The position numbers were made by a program, and so were the translations under genes. A stretch of 64,000 nt of DNA, taken from IMG/VR virus record IMGVR_UViG_2827179085_000005, positions 1 to 64,000 of that record, one strand, 5' to 3'. Each line of letters begins with the position of its first letter. Positions within the stretch are counted from its first letter, which is position 1. Shown one piece after another: positions 52,868-63,475 of the stretch. A model generated the notes under the pieces. The model was not told the origin of the DNA. It made no database searches and saw only the letters and a program-made list of their open reading frames with translations. This DNA is from a virus. Its lineage: Duplodnaviria; Heunggongvirae; Uroviricota; Caudoviricetes.

Positions 52868-55800
52868 TTACATTATGAAGGCATAACCTTCGTCATCAAC
52901 TGGCATTCTGATTGTAAGCGTTGTCGGCATATCGCTTGCCCACCATACTCGTACATTCATACTTGATTTGATCTCTTTAAACTCTCCATATGGAATAGAG
53001 AGACTACATTTCAAGTAACCAGACAAGATGTTAATACTACCCTCAATCGCACTCGCACCAATAACAAATACCTTGGACTGTAAATCATTTCGATGTGGAA
53101 CAATAATTTTGGATTTGATCTGAATGTGGTCATTTCCCCTTACGTTAATATTTGAGTCTACTGAACTAGAGAATACGACACTTAAACTACAATGTAGAGT
53201 ATCATTGCTGACGGATAGACTACCGCCAATTTCATCTTCTCTGTATCCTCTGACCACGAACGTCGAATATAGATCATGTCTATGCAAAACAAAGACACTA
53301 CTTGGCATGTCAGGCTTAGATACGCTAATGCTACCTTCTACCTCACTGTCGTCTAATTGTATGACAATAATGTTAGATGGAACATCTTCTCTATTCAGAA
53401 CGTATACGCTCGAAATAAGGTCTGGAACACCAACAAACATCGAACCATCGATTTCATTAATGTCTGATCTTCTTACTGTGACGTTCGATTTAAGATCGTC
53501 ATCATCTGTTTGAGTTACAATCACACTACAGAATACGTCTCCCTGATTAATGAACAAACTTCCCCAAATCGAATCTTTGTCCTTAATCTTGATGTTTGAT
53601 GGTAGGCTTTTGTCAATGTTGTAGAACGGAACTTTCAAACTCGACTTTAAATCACTTCTATAAAGAACGAATGTGTTTGAAGGCATGTTACTGTGACCAA
53701 AGCTACTATTCACAGGATTGTAGTATTCAATTTCTAATACTGGTCTTACATTGCTAATACTTGCTTCTCTAGCGTAGAATTGTAAGTTCTCATGTTCATG
53801 TTCGTCAATGAACTTCAAAAGCAGTCCTTTATTTACACTTGGATCAAGATACCATTCATTCACAATATCTATGATGTCAAACTCAACATATCCTACAGTC
53901 TGACCTATTGAACTCGTTGTCACCAAGTCGAATGTTTCCTCATGGTTTTTCCATGTGACACTTGTTTCATTCCAGTCAAACTTATTCTTAAAAGCACCAA
54001 CTCTATAATTATCTGTTTTGGCTATGCTATTATACAACTTCATTTTAGCCTTAGTAATTATTTGATCTTTTGGAAGAGCGCTAATATCGAATTGCACCAA
54101 CGAACGATATAACTCATTGAATACAGTTGAATAACCAACAAGCATCGACTGTTCAACACCGTAGTTAAATGTTGGCGCTCCTTCGCGAACGAATGCATCT
54201 TGAATAGGATTAAATCCTACAACTGTTCTTGGTGGAGGTATTACATCCACTATACCTTGCGCTCTATTGTAGAACGGAATTTTGATTGTGGAAACCAACT
54301 CTGATGTAACTTTAACGACTACACTAGATGGTATTGAAGAATATGCTACTGGCGTAATGTTCACTCGTCCTTGGGCGCGGTTGTACAGATTTACATATAG
54401 ATTAGATGATAAATCAATTCTATCTTTAATATATAAAGATGAATAAAGCTGTGATCCGTACACTTCTTGGACACCTATCAATTCAAGTTGACCAATGTTA
54501 ACGAAATTAAAATAACTTTCCAGAACTACCAATCTATAATATCTAAACTTTTCGGCAGGATTCCCTAGTATTGTATAACTTCTAACTTCGTCTGTTCCCC
54601 ACGAAGGTTCATTTGTTCTCTTGTCAATTTCAATCCAATTAACTTCATCATTACTAGCAAGTAATCTGAAAGATTTAATAACTCCGTTATTTGTAAATGC
54701 AGAAATTTTATACGAAGAAATATACTTTTCATTCCCTACTCCATAATCTATTTGTATCCATTCTCCTGATGTTTTTCCAGTAGAGGTCTGCCAATAGCCC
54801 GAAGTGGATTTATTGAATGCTCTCCACGCATAGTTAGTACTACTAAAAGATGATGCAGATATAACGTAAGGTGCTGGCGTATTATTAGAAGTCATTGCTG
54901 GTATATCTGTAAAGTTATCTTTAATAATAATTACACTTGTACCCTTTACGTTAATGTTACTCGTTAAATTACTTCGATGTTTAACATAAACCTTAGTTTC
55001 GATTTGTGATCCATATACTGTTGTCGGGCCAAATAGTTCCAACTGATTTACTGTAAGCATTCTATCGGCTTCTCCTTCAATAATATGTAGCCTATAGAAC
55101 CTAAATTTTTCAGTTATACTTCCCTTATCAACTTTATAAGATCTTCGCTCATATGCTGTCCAACCAACTTCATTCTCTCGGCTGTCAAACAAGTACCAGT
55201 TTATCTCATCATTACTAGCAAGCAAATTGAATTTCTTGGGTGCATTCTGTGTGTTGCTAGGAAATTTAGAATGTGTAATTGCATACGATGACACAAATTT
55301 CTCATTTCCAGAGCCATAATCGATCTGTAACCACTCATTATTTTTCCCTGTAGATATCCAGCAATCATTAACAACATCAACAATTTTGTCAAAAGCTTTC
55401 CATGCAGGATACGAATAAGAGTAAACCGATGATGCCTTTGCGACATACGGAGCAGGAGCATTGTCTGCTGTCATTTTAGGTATTTCAACATTGTAGTTGT
55501 CATCAAAGATTATAAATGTGGCTCCACGAATGTTTATGCTACCTGAAATATCTTTTCTTTGTGGTATTATAATACTAGACCGCAACTGAGATGCCATATG
55601 TGGAGCGTTTTCATAGTATTCTATCTCTGCTATATTGAAATTAGTAGGATTATATCCGCTATGGAATGTAAGTCTATACTTAGTATATCTATTTAAGTTT
55701 ATAAACTCATAGCTTCTCTTTTGTCCATCACTCCAACTTGGTTCATTAATTCTCTCATCAAGCAGTTTCCAATCGTAACCATTGTTACTTGCATGGAGCG

Positions 55801-57538
55801 ACCACGATTTTGGCATTGATGAGTTATAATTAGAATTTGAAGTTTCAAGATTGAATATTGCATATTTGTTGATGATCTTTCCATTATTGTCACCAAAGTT
55901 AAATGTGATCCATGGTTGAAGTTCTGGAACAGTATATATTGCTCCAATTACCTCTCGCCAAATATAGTTATATTTTGAAGAAGAACCATCAAACGCCTTA
56001 TATGCTTCGTAGCCAACATTATCCCCAAAATTAGACGTCACTTCATAATTTCCGTTTTTTGACGAAGACATGTTTGGTGTAACATCAATGTTAGTATATC
56101 CTGTAGGATTAAGGAGAATATTGTTTTCACTTCGAATAGTCATAGATGATCTAATATCGCTGTTAGATCGAACGTTTATAGAACCTGCAACTTGATACCC
56201 ATATCCTTCACCAGCAAGTAGAAAACGAATTTCATACATACTATCACCGTAAGGAGTGTTATAGCTATTAAACACCAATTTATAATATCTGTACGGCAAT
56301 TTATTCGTTTCTAAATCTAATCTTTTTGAGAACTTTGTAATATTGCCCATATTAGGTTCTCTGCTGAGAGTTACCCAATTTATATCATCTGTACTGCCTT
56401 CCAAAGATGCATCAATAGGATAATATATACCACCTCTATAATACTCATACCCTGCGATTGGCTTATTATTATCTTCTCCTAAGTCTATCTTAACCCACGA
56501 GCCATGACCTTGTACTCTCCATGCAGTAGTATTTACATTTGTAGCATCTCCATCAAACGCATAGTAAATAGGATTATTTGTTTCATTAACACTTCCACTA
56601 GCTGTTAATACATATGGAGAAGGAGTTGTATTAGATGTCATTATTGGATGAATTGTAATATCAGTAAGCTTTTGATTTGGAATAACAATATAACCATCAT
56701 CTAATGAGTGATCGTTATCAAAGTATAAGTTGAAGCTAGAGAATCTAGGAGTATTAATATTTGTGGTTTCGATATATGTTCTAACTTTCAGCTTTGCATT
56801 TGACAAATCTGTTCCAATCGGAACTCCACCAATTGACCCGAGTAGCTCTAAATCATGCCACGAACCCCAAGTTGAACCGCTATCAAGAGAAATAGATGTT
56901 TGTACCCATGCATTTGTTCCTAAAGGCAAAAATTGATTCCACGTTGCATATGATCCTTTATAAACACCAGCACTAGAGATGTCATGTATAGATTCACGAT
57001 AGCCTTTGTAGAGCTGACCAAGATAAACTTCCCCTTCATATACAGATATAGGATATGGATCATTTCTTTTTGCTCTAAATCTAACATATCTTGCAAGCGT
57101 CCCTTTAAAGGTATTTAGATACTCATCCTGTCTATTTTCTCCATTCCCTACCTCTCCTAACGACACAAAGTTCGTACCATCTGTACTTACAAAGGTTTCA
57201 ACATAATGAGCATTTGAAGCACTAAGACTAAATCCAGTCCAACTCGTTCCACCAATCATAGTTGGACTTCCAAGATCAACAGTAATATCTTCTAGCATAG
57301 TATTATCATATCTAAAGAATGCTGATAAAGCCTTGATTCCATCCGTAAACATTTTATCCCCTGCATCAGCAGTCGTTAGTTTTGAGTTAAGAGTCTTTGT
57401 ATAAGGTTTATTTAAAGCTATATTCTGCTTATTCTTGTTATCAATCGTCAGTACGCCTTTGTCATCAACAATTAAAAAAGGGTCACTAAAGTAACCCTTT
57501 TGCATCTGAACTTTTGTCTGCTCATATATTCTAAACAT
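52868..57538 (-). CDS. tail fibre / receptor-binding protein with multiple F5/8 type C (discoidin) domains, 1556 aa
   Basis: At least five repeats of the W...G.W(I/L)QIDLG-type discoidin signature (e.g. AWRVQGHGSWVKIDLG, NEWLQIDYG, GEWIQIDYG). Confidence 0.7.
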   Translation of the reverse strand: MFRIYEQTKVQMQKGYFSDPFLIVDDKGVLTIDNKNKQNIALNKPYTKTLNSKLTTADAGDKMFTDGIKALSAFFRYDNTMLEDITVDLGSPTMIGGTSWTGFSLSASNAHYVETFVSTDGTNFVSLGEVGNGENRQDEYLNTFKGTLARYVRFRAKRNDPYPISVYEGEVYLGQLYKGYRESIHDISSAGVYKGSYATWNQFLPLGTNAWVQTSISLDSGSTWGSWHDLELLGSIGGVPIGTDLSNAKLKVRTYIETTNINTPRFSSFNLYFDNDHSLDDGYIVIPNQKLTDITIHPIMTSNTTPSPYVLTASGSVNETNNPIYYAFDGDATNVNTTAWRVQGHGSWVKIDLGEDNNKPIAGYEYYRGGIYYPIDASLEGSTDDINWVTLSREPNMGNITKFSKRLDLETNKLPYRYYKLVFNSYNTPYGDSMYEIRFLLAGEGYGYQVAGSINVRSNSDIRSSMTIRSENNILLNPTGYTNIDVTPNMSSSKNGNYEVTSNFGDNVGYEAYKAFDGSSSKYNYIWREVIGAIYTVPELQPWITFNFGDNNGKIINKYAIFNLETSNSNYNSSMPKSWSLHASNNGYDWKLLDERINEPSWSDGQKRSYEFINLNRYTKYRLTFHSGYNPTNFNIAEIEYYENAPHMASQLRSSIIIPQRKDISGSINIRGATFIIFDDNYNVEIPKMTADNAPAPYVAKASSVYSYSYPAWKAFDKIVDVVNDCWISTGKNNEWLQIDYGSGNEKFVSSYAITHSKFPSNTQNAPKKFNLLASNDEINWYLFDSRENEVGWTAYERRSYKVDKGSITEKFRFYRLHIIEGEADRMLTVNQLELFGPTTVYGSQIETKVYVKHRSNLTSNINVKGTSVIIIKDNFTDIPAMTSNNTPAPYVISASSFSSTNYAWRAFNKSTSGYWQTSTGKTSGEWIQIDYGVGNEKYISSYKISAFTNNGVIKSFRLLASNDEVNWIEIDKRTNEPSWGTDEVRSYTILGNPAEKFRYYRLVVLESYFNFVNIGQLELIGVQEVYGSQLYSSLYIKDRIDLSSNLYVNLYNRAQGRVNITPVAYSSIPSSVVVKVTSELVSTIKIPFYNRAQGIVDVIPPPRTVVGFNPIQDAFVREGAPTFNYGVEQSMLVGYSTVFNELYRSLVQFDISALPKDQIITKAKMKLYNSIAKTDNYRVGAFKNKFDWNETSVTWKNHEETFDLVTTSSIGQTVGYVEFDIIDIVNEWYLDPSVNKGLLLKFIDEHEHENLQFYAREASISNVRPVLEIEYYNPVNSSFGHSNMPSNTFVLYRSDLKSSLKVPFYNIDKSLPSNIKIKDKDSIWGSLFINQGDVFCSVIVTQTDDDDLKSNVTVRRSDINEIDGSMFVGVPDLISSVYVLNREDVPSNIIVIQLDDSEVEGSISVSKPDMPSSVFVLHRHDLYSTFVVRGYREDEIGGSLSVSNDTLHCSLSVVFSSSVDSNINVRGNDHIQIKSKIIVPHRNDLQSKVFVIGASAIEGSINILSGYLKCSLSIPYGEFKEIKSSMNVRVWWASDMPTTLTIRMPVDDEGYAFIM

Positions 57539-57576
57539 CTACACACGCCCTCTCATTGTATTGAGATTTTATATTA

Positions 57577-58548
57577 TTACGCTTCATTGTACTTCGCTGT
57601 CAGCTCAAACATTCCACCCGCCAACGACTGATCGGTTGTGGTTATTTGAATGTAGAACTCAACAGATTCTTTTAGATTTAAGGAAACTGTTCCAAAATCC
57701 AAATCCTTTTCTGACACAAATGGTGATTCAGTTTTGCTTAAAACTACATTGAAGTTAGGATCATTATTGTCGTTTATCAACCGAATATCTTTAACTGCAA
57801 AATCATTGTTATTTTCAAGAAGAACTTTCTTTGGAAGACTATTTGTTCCTGCAATCATATTTCCAAAGTCAATCAATAGTATTGTTTTCCCTTTATTGTC
57901 AGAGTAGTAATCATTTGTTAGAGGGTCTTTGAAATATACATTATCATGTGGGTCATGAAAGAACTTATAAATAACCAAGGCATTATTATTGGGATCATTG
58001 CTATTGTCTAATGTGAAATAAAGATACTCTCCATCATCACTGAACCCTAATGCTCTGCATTGAGCAACACTAGTTTTTTGTTCTTCATAATGTTTACTTT
58101 CAATTTGACCATTAAGTTTATCGAATTTATAAATGGTGAAAAGTGGAGCGACTTTGTTGCTAACCGTTTGATTTACTACAAGGAAATTTTCCTTTTTAGA
58201 TAGAGAAACATTCCTCACGGTTATATTTTGAGATAAGATTAATGAATTTTGAGCTATTGGCACACCAAAATCCCCTGTATCAGCGTCAAACGGACATACA
58301 ATGAGGTATGGGCTTTGTTGAAGTGCAAATATAACAAATTTTTCATCTTCGGTTAACGCAAAATCCATAATGTAATTATATGGTATGTTGGCAGGTGCTG
58401 TTTCTGCTCCAACTAATCCGTTAGTAAATGTATGAAGCCTGAACCATGTGGTTGAATCCGTCAAATTGGATTGTATGTGTAAAATAAACTTACCGTTTTT
58501 TGTAACAACTGTTTTTAAAGGTCGATAGCCACCATAGAAGTCAGACAC
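57577..58548 (-). CDS. tail-associated beta-propeller-like protein, C-terminal piece (frameshifted gene)
   Basis: repeated Y..F/beta-strand blades; joins upstream ORF across T6 run. Confidence 0.5.
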   Translation of the reverse strand: MSDFYGGYRPLKTVVTKNGKFILHIQSNLTDSTTWFRLHTFTNGLVGAETAPANIPYNYIMDFALTEDEKFVIFALQQSPYLIVCPFDADTGDFGVPIAQNSLILSQNITVRNVSLSKKENFLVVNQTVSNKVAPLFTIYKFDKLNGQIESKHYEEQKTSVAQCRALGFSDDGEYLYFTLDNSNDPNNNALVIYKFFHDPHDNVYFKDPLTNDYYSDNKGKTILLIDFGNMIAGTNSLPKKVLLENNNDFAVKDIRLINDNNDPNFNVVLSKTESPFVSEKDLDFGTVSLNLKESVEFYIQITTTDQSLAGGMFELTAKYNEA

Positions 58549-58589
58549 TTTTTTTAGTGTCCCATTATCGTAGTCAAATTCGTAAGAAA

Positions 58590-59708
58590 TTAAATAATAG
58601 TTATTTGCTGCAAGTACATACTTTCCATCTGGTGAAAAAGAAATCGCTGATACAAAATCAGAAGAAGTATATGTTTGAATATCATAGTCTTGCGTTTTTT
58701 GTTGAACCTATATATATTAAACGCAGAATATCCTCCATATAAGAAATACTGGTCATCAGGTGAAAAACAAACTGCATATTCTGCTCTGCTTCCTGGATAT
58801 CCTTTTGCCGACATAGGCATTTCATCAATCCTTTTCAGTTGATGGTTTAATTTAAACAACTGTGATTTATTTCCGTTGTAAGTGCTTATTGCAAAATACT
58901 CCCCACTATGAGAAAATGTTGCACTCTTAATTCGTGTTATCAAGTTGCTAGTAGCCATAACCTCTAAAGTTGGGTCAATTGCAATCGGATAATTTCTAGC
59001 TGGATTCTCTAGCCATTCGTAAGGAACGATTATCTTTAAGCTTATAACGCTCCCATCTCTTTTCACCTTATATCTACACTTTATACTTTCATGTTCATTA
59101 ATCTCGTATGTGATTGGTTCTGGCAAAGTGAAAACAGTCTCATCATTCTCATTCTTAAAAACGATACTTCCATACGTAGTAAAATCACCTGTTTGAATTT
59201 GATCGTTTACAAACATCGAAATCTCTGACGAGAAGTCCATTTTTCCATCTACAACAAAACCAATATCCTTTCCAATTAATGAATCATCGTACATTGGCAA
59301 AGTATTTAGAATAGTGTTGTGTTTCAGTTTTCCATAATCAACGACAAATTCCTCATCAATGCCAGTAACGCAATCTCTATAAACAACCTTATTTACATCG
59401 ACCACATCGGCAACAATGTCATTGACTCTACCAAGCCAAAGTTCATTTTCATATTCATCTTGAAATCCAACACCAAACGGTGTCCATTCAAAATATCCTT
59501 TATCAGTAACAACCTTTATCGGAGAATAATCACAAATATGATCTTTGAAGTAAGTTTTAATTGAGTTTGTAGTATTTTCATATTGATAAATAGGATTAAC
59601 ACTTGTTCTCACTGCCAGATCAATTGTCTGCTCATTTCCATTTTCATCTATATACATCGGAATAGGAATGTCTATAGACTCTTCTATTACATTAATGCCT
59701 AACGTCAT
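58590..59708 (-). CDS. tail-associated beta-propeller-like protein, N-terminal piece
   Basis: last ~30 residues (FKHILLLILYQRF...) look out-of-frame; alternative frame reads ...SPDGKYVLAANNYYLISYEFDYDNGTLKKVSDFYGGYRP into downstream ORF. Confidence 0.5.
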   Translation of the reverse strand: MTLGINVIEESIDIPIPMYIDENGNEQTIDLAVRTSVNPIYQYENTTNSIKTYFKDHICDYSPIKVVTDKGYFEWTPFGVGFQDEYENELWLGRVNDIVADVVDVNKVVYRDCVTGIDEEFVVDYGKLKHNTILNTLPMYDDSLIGKDIGFVVDGKMDFSSEISMFVNDQIQTGDFTTYGSIVFKNENDETVFTLPEPITYEINEHESIKCRYKVKRDGSVISLKIIVPYEWLENPARNYPIAIDPTLEVMATSNLITRIKSATFSHSGEYFAISTYNGNKSQLFKLNHQLKRIDEMPMSAKGYPGSRAEYAVCFSPDDQYFLYGGYSAFNIYRFNKKRKTMIFKHILLLILYQRFLFHQMESMYLQQITII

Positions 59709-59720
59709 AATCTATACCTC

Positions 59721-60179
59721 CTATTGAATAATCCAATTTATTTCCCCACCAACATCAGCAGTCAATGGTGCTTTAATTTCTTCAACAACTCTTCCATTTT
59801 TACGAATCTGAAATACACCATCTAAATCTTGATCTGCAACGAGCCAGAAGTTCATGTATACTGGTTGATTGAATGGAAGTTTGCAAATCGCCTTAAAATT
59901 AAACTTCACATCGTCTATCACAAGTTCAGATTTGTATCCGAAATTAAACTGCGTGATTGTACTTGTGCTTCCACCACTTCCACCCATCAAATTAATTGCG
60001 GCTTCTGCATCTTTATAGCTAATTAGATCGTTGTACATTTTTTGCTGTCCAGTAATCCAATACTCTTTATCTCCAACCTTATAGACAATCTCAATCATCT
60101 TTCCTGCAACATTGAAGTAGCCACCAAAAACCTCATAGCTTAATTTCATATTGTGTCCTACTAGACTATAGCGAAGCAT
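59721..60179 (-). CDS. hypothetical structural protein (probably 5'-extended to 60319 across a T6 indel)
   Basis: ORF; upstream 53-codon ORF in other frame with overlapping end. Confidence 0.45.
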   Translation of the reverse strand: MLRYSLVGHNMKLSYEVFGGYFNVAGKMIEIVYKVGDKEYWITGQQKMYNDLISYKDAEAAINLMGGSGGSTSTITQFNFGYKSELVIDDVKFNFKAICKLPFNQPVYMNFWLVADQDLDGVFQIRKNGRVVEEIKAPLTADVGGEINWIIQ

Positions 60180-60399
60180 CTGTTTCCGCTGAATGTTATA
60201 GTAGTTATTTTCTTTTTTGTTTGAAAGTCAAACTCAGAAAGATATGTTCCATCAATATATTCTGCAACCCAAATAAAATCTTGTGCTACTGGTGATACTC
60301 TAGGTATTTCATACATCATTTTACATTCCCCCATTGTATTGAAGTTGTGAACAACAAAAAGCCCAACCAGAATTAGTTGGGCTTTTTTACAATTGTTAA

Positions 60400-60870
60400 T
60401 TAGTTATACTGATAAGCAACACGAGTCAAGAAGTCTACATTCCCTGCTGTAGCAGTTGGTGGAATATTTGCATGTAATGTAACTTGGGCAAAGTTTCTTT
60501 GTGTTGCTGTAGTTGCTACATTTCCATCATTAACATCACCATGAATATAACTTGCAGAAGCGTTACCGCCAGCCTTGATTGCTTTTGTTGTAGTACCACC
60601 GATAGCAGTGAAGTTATTTTCCTGCATAGTGTCAACTTTAACTTCGATCCACTTGTTCAAAACCAATTCACCTGTGTTACCACCAGTAGCATCTTTAGTT
60701 GTAATTGTGCAGTTGAACATGTCTTGTACAGGCGTTGTTCCACCGCGATTGTTCCAGATGAGGAAAGTAGTTGGCTGTGAAACAGTACCAGCATCTACAG
60801 TCTGAACATCCCATCTCGAAATTGGATTAGTATTCGTAATATCGTACCAAGTAACTTTAGGTATTGCCAT
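60400..60870 (-). CDS. hypothetical tail protein
   Basis: ORF, strong RBS. Confidence 0.45.
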   Translation of the reverse strand: MAIPKVTWYDITNTNPISRWDVQTVDAGTVSQPTTFLIWNNRGGTTPVQDMFNCTITTKDATGGNTGELVLNKWIEVKVDTMQENNFTAIGGTTTKAIKAGGNASASYIHGDVNDGNVATTATQRNFAQVTLHANIPPTATAGNVDFLTRVAYQYN

Positions 60871-60885
60871 AATAAAACACTCCCT

Positions 60886-62052
60886 TTATATAATAATGTC
60901 AATTTGGATCGTGATGCCTTTTAGCGTGTCATCCACATCTGTTACATTAATGCGGAAGAAATCACCTTCGAGAACTTTGTTGTTTATAATTTTATTATTT
61001 GTACTTTCTTTAGCATTGGGATCAATGTCAAAGCTTGCACAATCACTCCAAGAGTTCCCACTTAAAAAATCTGATTTACTTACCTTCTCTATTAAAGTCT
61101 TTGTTGTCACTGAATTTCCTATTTCTGAGCAGTAAGCATAGACTTTCTCGATTTCACCATCCATTGGGAACTTAATTATCGGTTTCTGTATTCCAAGCTG
61201 AAATTGAGGTAATACAAAGAGAATAGATTTCCTGTTTAGCTTCTGATGCATTTTAGTGAAATCCTCTTTCCTCATCAATCCATTAATCTGATCGTTTACA
61301 ACTGGAATAGATCCACCAGCATAATTATCAATCAAAACCCATGCCTTTGTGATAATCCCATCGTATCGATAAATATCGCCAGTAGATGTAACCATAACCC
61401 TATTACCATTAACAGGGTCTGGATATGTTTTTTCGATATCATCATATGTTGGCACAGGATTGAGATAAAGCATAATCGTTGAGTTGTACGCATCGATTGC
61501 ATTCTCAGTAGCATCAATAGCATCCTTAGTAGCTTCTTCTGCGATCTGAATTGCTCTATTTGTATCCTCTGTTGCTTTCTTTGAAGCAAGAGTCGCATCG
61601 ACCATTTCGTCTCGAACCTTTTGATAGTCTGAAATTTTTTCATCAACATCAATCATCTTCTCGTTTGCTTTTTCGATGATGTCATAGAGCGCTTCTGCTA
61701 CATCACCATTTTGATGGTATATTCGGCTCGATGGATACATAATCAAACCCTTACCAAAATAAGAGACATTAACATTCAACGTTTCTTTAGATGGATGAAA
61801 TTCTATAATGCCTGTGGAATAAATTACAGAAAATTCATCTTCTGCGATACTCTTCTTTGGCAAGCCATCATAGTTAATTTCTTTCATCCCTGCGATCTTA
61901 ACCCTAGCAGTTCTATCAGGAATTTCAGCAAGAACAACTTTATTCTCAATAACCATCAAGTATTCATTCAGCGGAATGAATGGATCATCTACTGTTCCCT
62001 TGCGCCATCTAATATGCATAGGATCTAAATATCCATAATTAGAGTATGGCAT
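60886..62052 (-). CDS. putative tail/baseplate structural protein with central coiled coil
   Basis: ORF; domain-coiled coil-domain layout. Confidence 0.5.
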   Translation of the reverse strand: MPYSNYGYLDPMHIRWRKGTVDDPFIPLNEYLMVIENKVVLAEIPDRTARVKIAGMKEINYDGLPKKSIAEDEFSVIYSTGIIEFHPSKETLNVNVSYFGKGLIMYPSSRIYHQNGDVAEALYDIIEKANEKMIDVDEKISDYQKVRDEMVDATLASKKATEDTNRAIQIAEEATKDAIDATENAIDAYNSTIMLYLNPVPTYDDIEKTYPDPVNGNRVMVTSTGDIYRYDGIITKAWVLIDNYAGGSIPVVNDQINGLMRKEDFTKMHQKLNRKSILFVLPQFQLGIQKPIIKFPMDGEIEKVYAYCSEIGNSVTTKTLIEKVSKSDFLSGNSWSDCASFDIDPNAKESTNNKIINNKVLEGDFFRINVTDVDDTLKGITIQIDIII

Positions 62053-62071
62053 TCATATCACCTCCTTAAAA

Positions 62072-62527
62072 TCATCCTCCAATAAACACGTTACTGCTAC
62101 TTCCCCCATTGATAGTTGTTCTCGTCTGAGCATGTGTTGTCACTGTTGAACCACTAATAGAAACTGACTTTCCACCAATAAATACATTTTTTCCATTCCC
62201 ACTTGAAACCCTTCCATTTGCACTACTGTGATTTCCTCTTACGTTGAAATAATCGGAATGAGGAATAGAATAAGCATCCTGTTCTCTCGTACTATCTCCT
62301 TGTAGTACTGGATTGGAGCCATTCACGAAAACTCCATTGGAAGTGGCGTTACAAGTGCCATCAATGTCAGCACTGGTAGAGTAGCCATAGTAATAATCAT
62401 ACCCACCAACACAATCACCATCTGAATCTGTGTGATGGCAACTATCCCACCGTTTCCAATCATAAGTGATATGACTTGAAGCAGTACTTCTTGCGATTGA
62501 AGCATTATTTAATGCTACTCCTGCCAT
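62072..62527 (-). CDS. Gly/Ser-rich tail-fibre-like protein
   Basis: low-complexity G/S/N-rich C-terminus. Confidence 0.45.
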   Translation of the reverse strand: MAGVALNNASIARSTASSHITYDWKRWDSCHHTDSDGDCVGGYDYYYGYSTSADIDGTCNATSNGVFVNGSNPVLQGDSTREQDAYSIPHSDYFNVRGNHSSANGRVSSGNGKNVFIGGKSVSISGSTVTTHAQTRTTINGGSSSNVFIGG

Positions 62528-62611
62528 CCCTTATTCACCAACCTTTAGAAAGTAAAGACCACTAATCACATGATTAGTGGTCTAGTATTCTTGACTTATT
62601 TTAATTTATAA

Positions 62612-63409
62612 TTACTTTTTGTAGACAGTGATCTTTCCACCATCGTCGTAATCCATCGTATACAACAACTCATCATTACTGTTGTAATAATATCCAACAC
62701 CAATGTTTTCATTGTTTTTCGATGTGAAGATTAAATAACTTTCTCCGTAACCTAAATCTTTTAAATAACACTTAAACCATCCTTGCTGTTTACCATCTTT
62801 AAAAGACCCTGTGCTACCATCTTTAGTGTAAGGTTCTACATAGACGCTACCATCGTTGTTGTATATTTTACCATTCCCATTAGGGATAAACTTTTCTCCC
62901 TTTAGAGTGCCATCACCTTTATAAATGTGAACTGGACTAATTCTAGTTTCCCCTATAGTGTTTCCCTCGATAATAAGATCACTTCCATTCGCATGCTTTT
63001 TGTTAATAGTTAGTCCTGTACCCTGCTTACTAACGTAATTTGCTGGAACATAAGTGACTCCACTCTCAACAATCGCTGGATCGGCTGTTTGCTTAACTCC
63101 ATTGATCGTTACTGAACGTTCTCCTGACTTAAAACTAATAGTAAGATCATTACGTTTACCAGTAGTTTCTTTAGTTTTTGCGTCATATGAGATTTCAAGA
63201 GAAAGAGCAGAGAAAATGTCTCTAAACGGTACATATGTTCTTCCATCTCTTACAAACCCCGATATTTCCTTTAGTTTTTCACCAGCAACAAAAACTGTTA
63301 CTTTAGTATCTGTGCTTTTAGCAAATGATTGACCTGATGCAACTGTCATCGAACCGAAAATTGACATCGTTGCTATTGCTAAAATAAGTATTTTTCTTCT
63401 CATCCTCAA
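62612..63409 (-). CDS. secreted protein with copper-amine-oxidase N-terminal-like (stalk) domains
   Basis: Sec signal peptide; GRTYVPFRDIFSAL and GVTYVPANYVSK motifs. Confidence 0.5.
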   Translation of the reverse strand: MRMRRKILILAIATMSIFGSMTVASGQSFAKSTDTKVTVFVAGEKLKEISGFVRDGRTYVPFRDIFSALSLEISYDAKTKETTGKRNDLTISFKSGERSVTINGVKQTADPAIVESGVTYVPANYVSKQGTGLTINKKHANGSDLIIEGNTIGETRISPVHIYKGDGTLKGEKFIPNGNGKIYNNDGSVYVEPYTKDGSTGSFKDGKQQGWFKCYLKDLGYGESYLIFTSKNNENIGVGYYYNSNDELLYTMDYDDGGKITVYKK

Positions 63410-63475
63410 TTCCCCCTTATGTTATGCATGTACTTATTTTACCACGCGAGGGAATTGAGAACAATGAATAATTTG

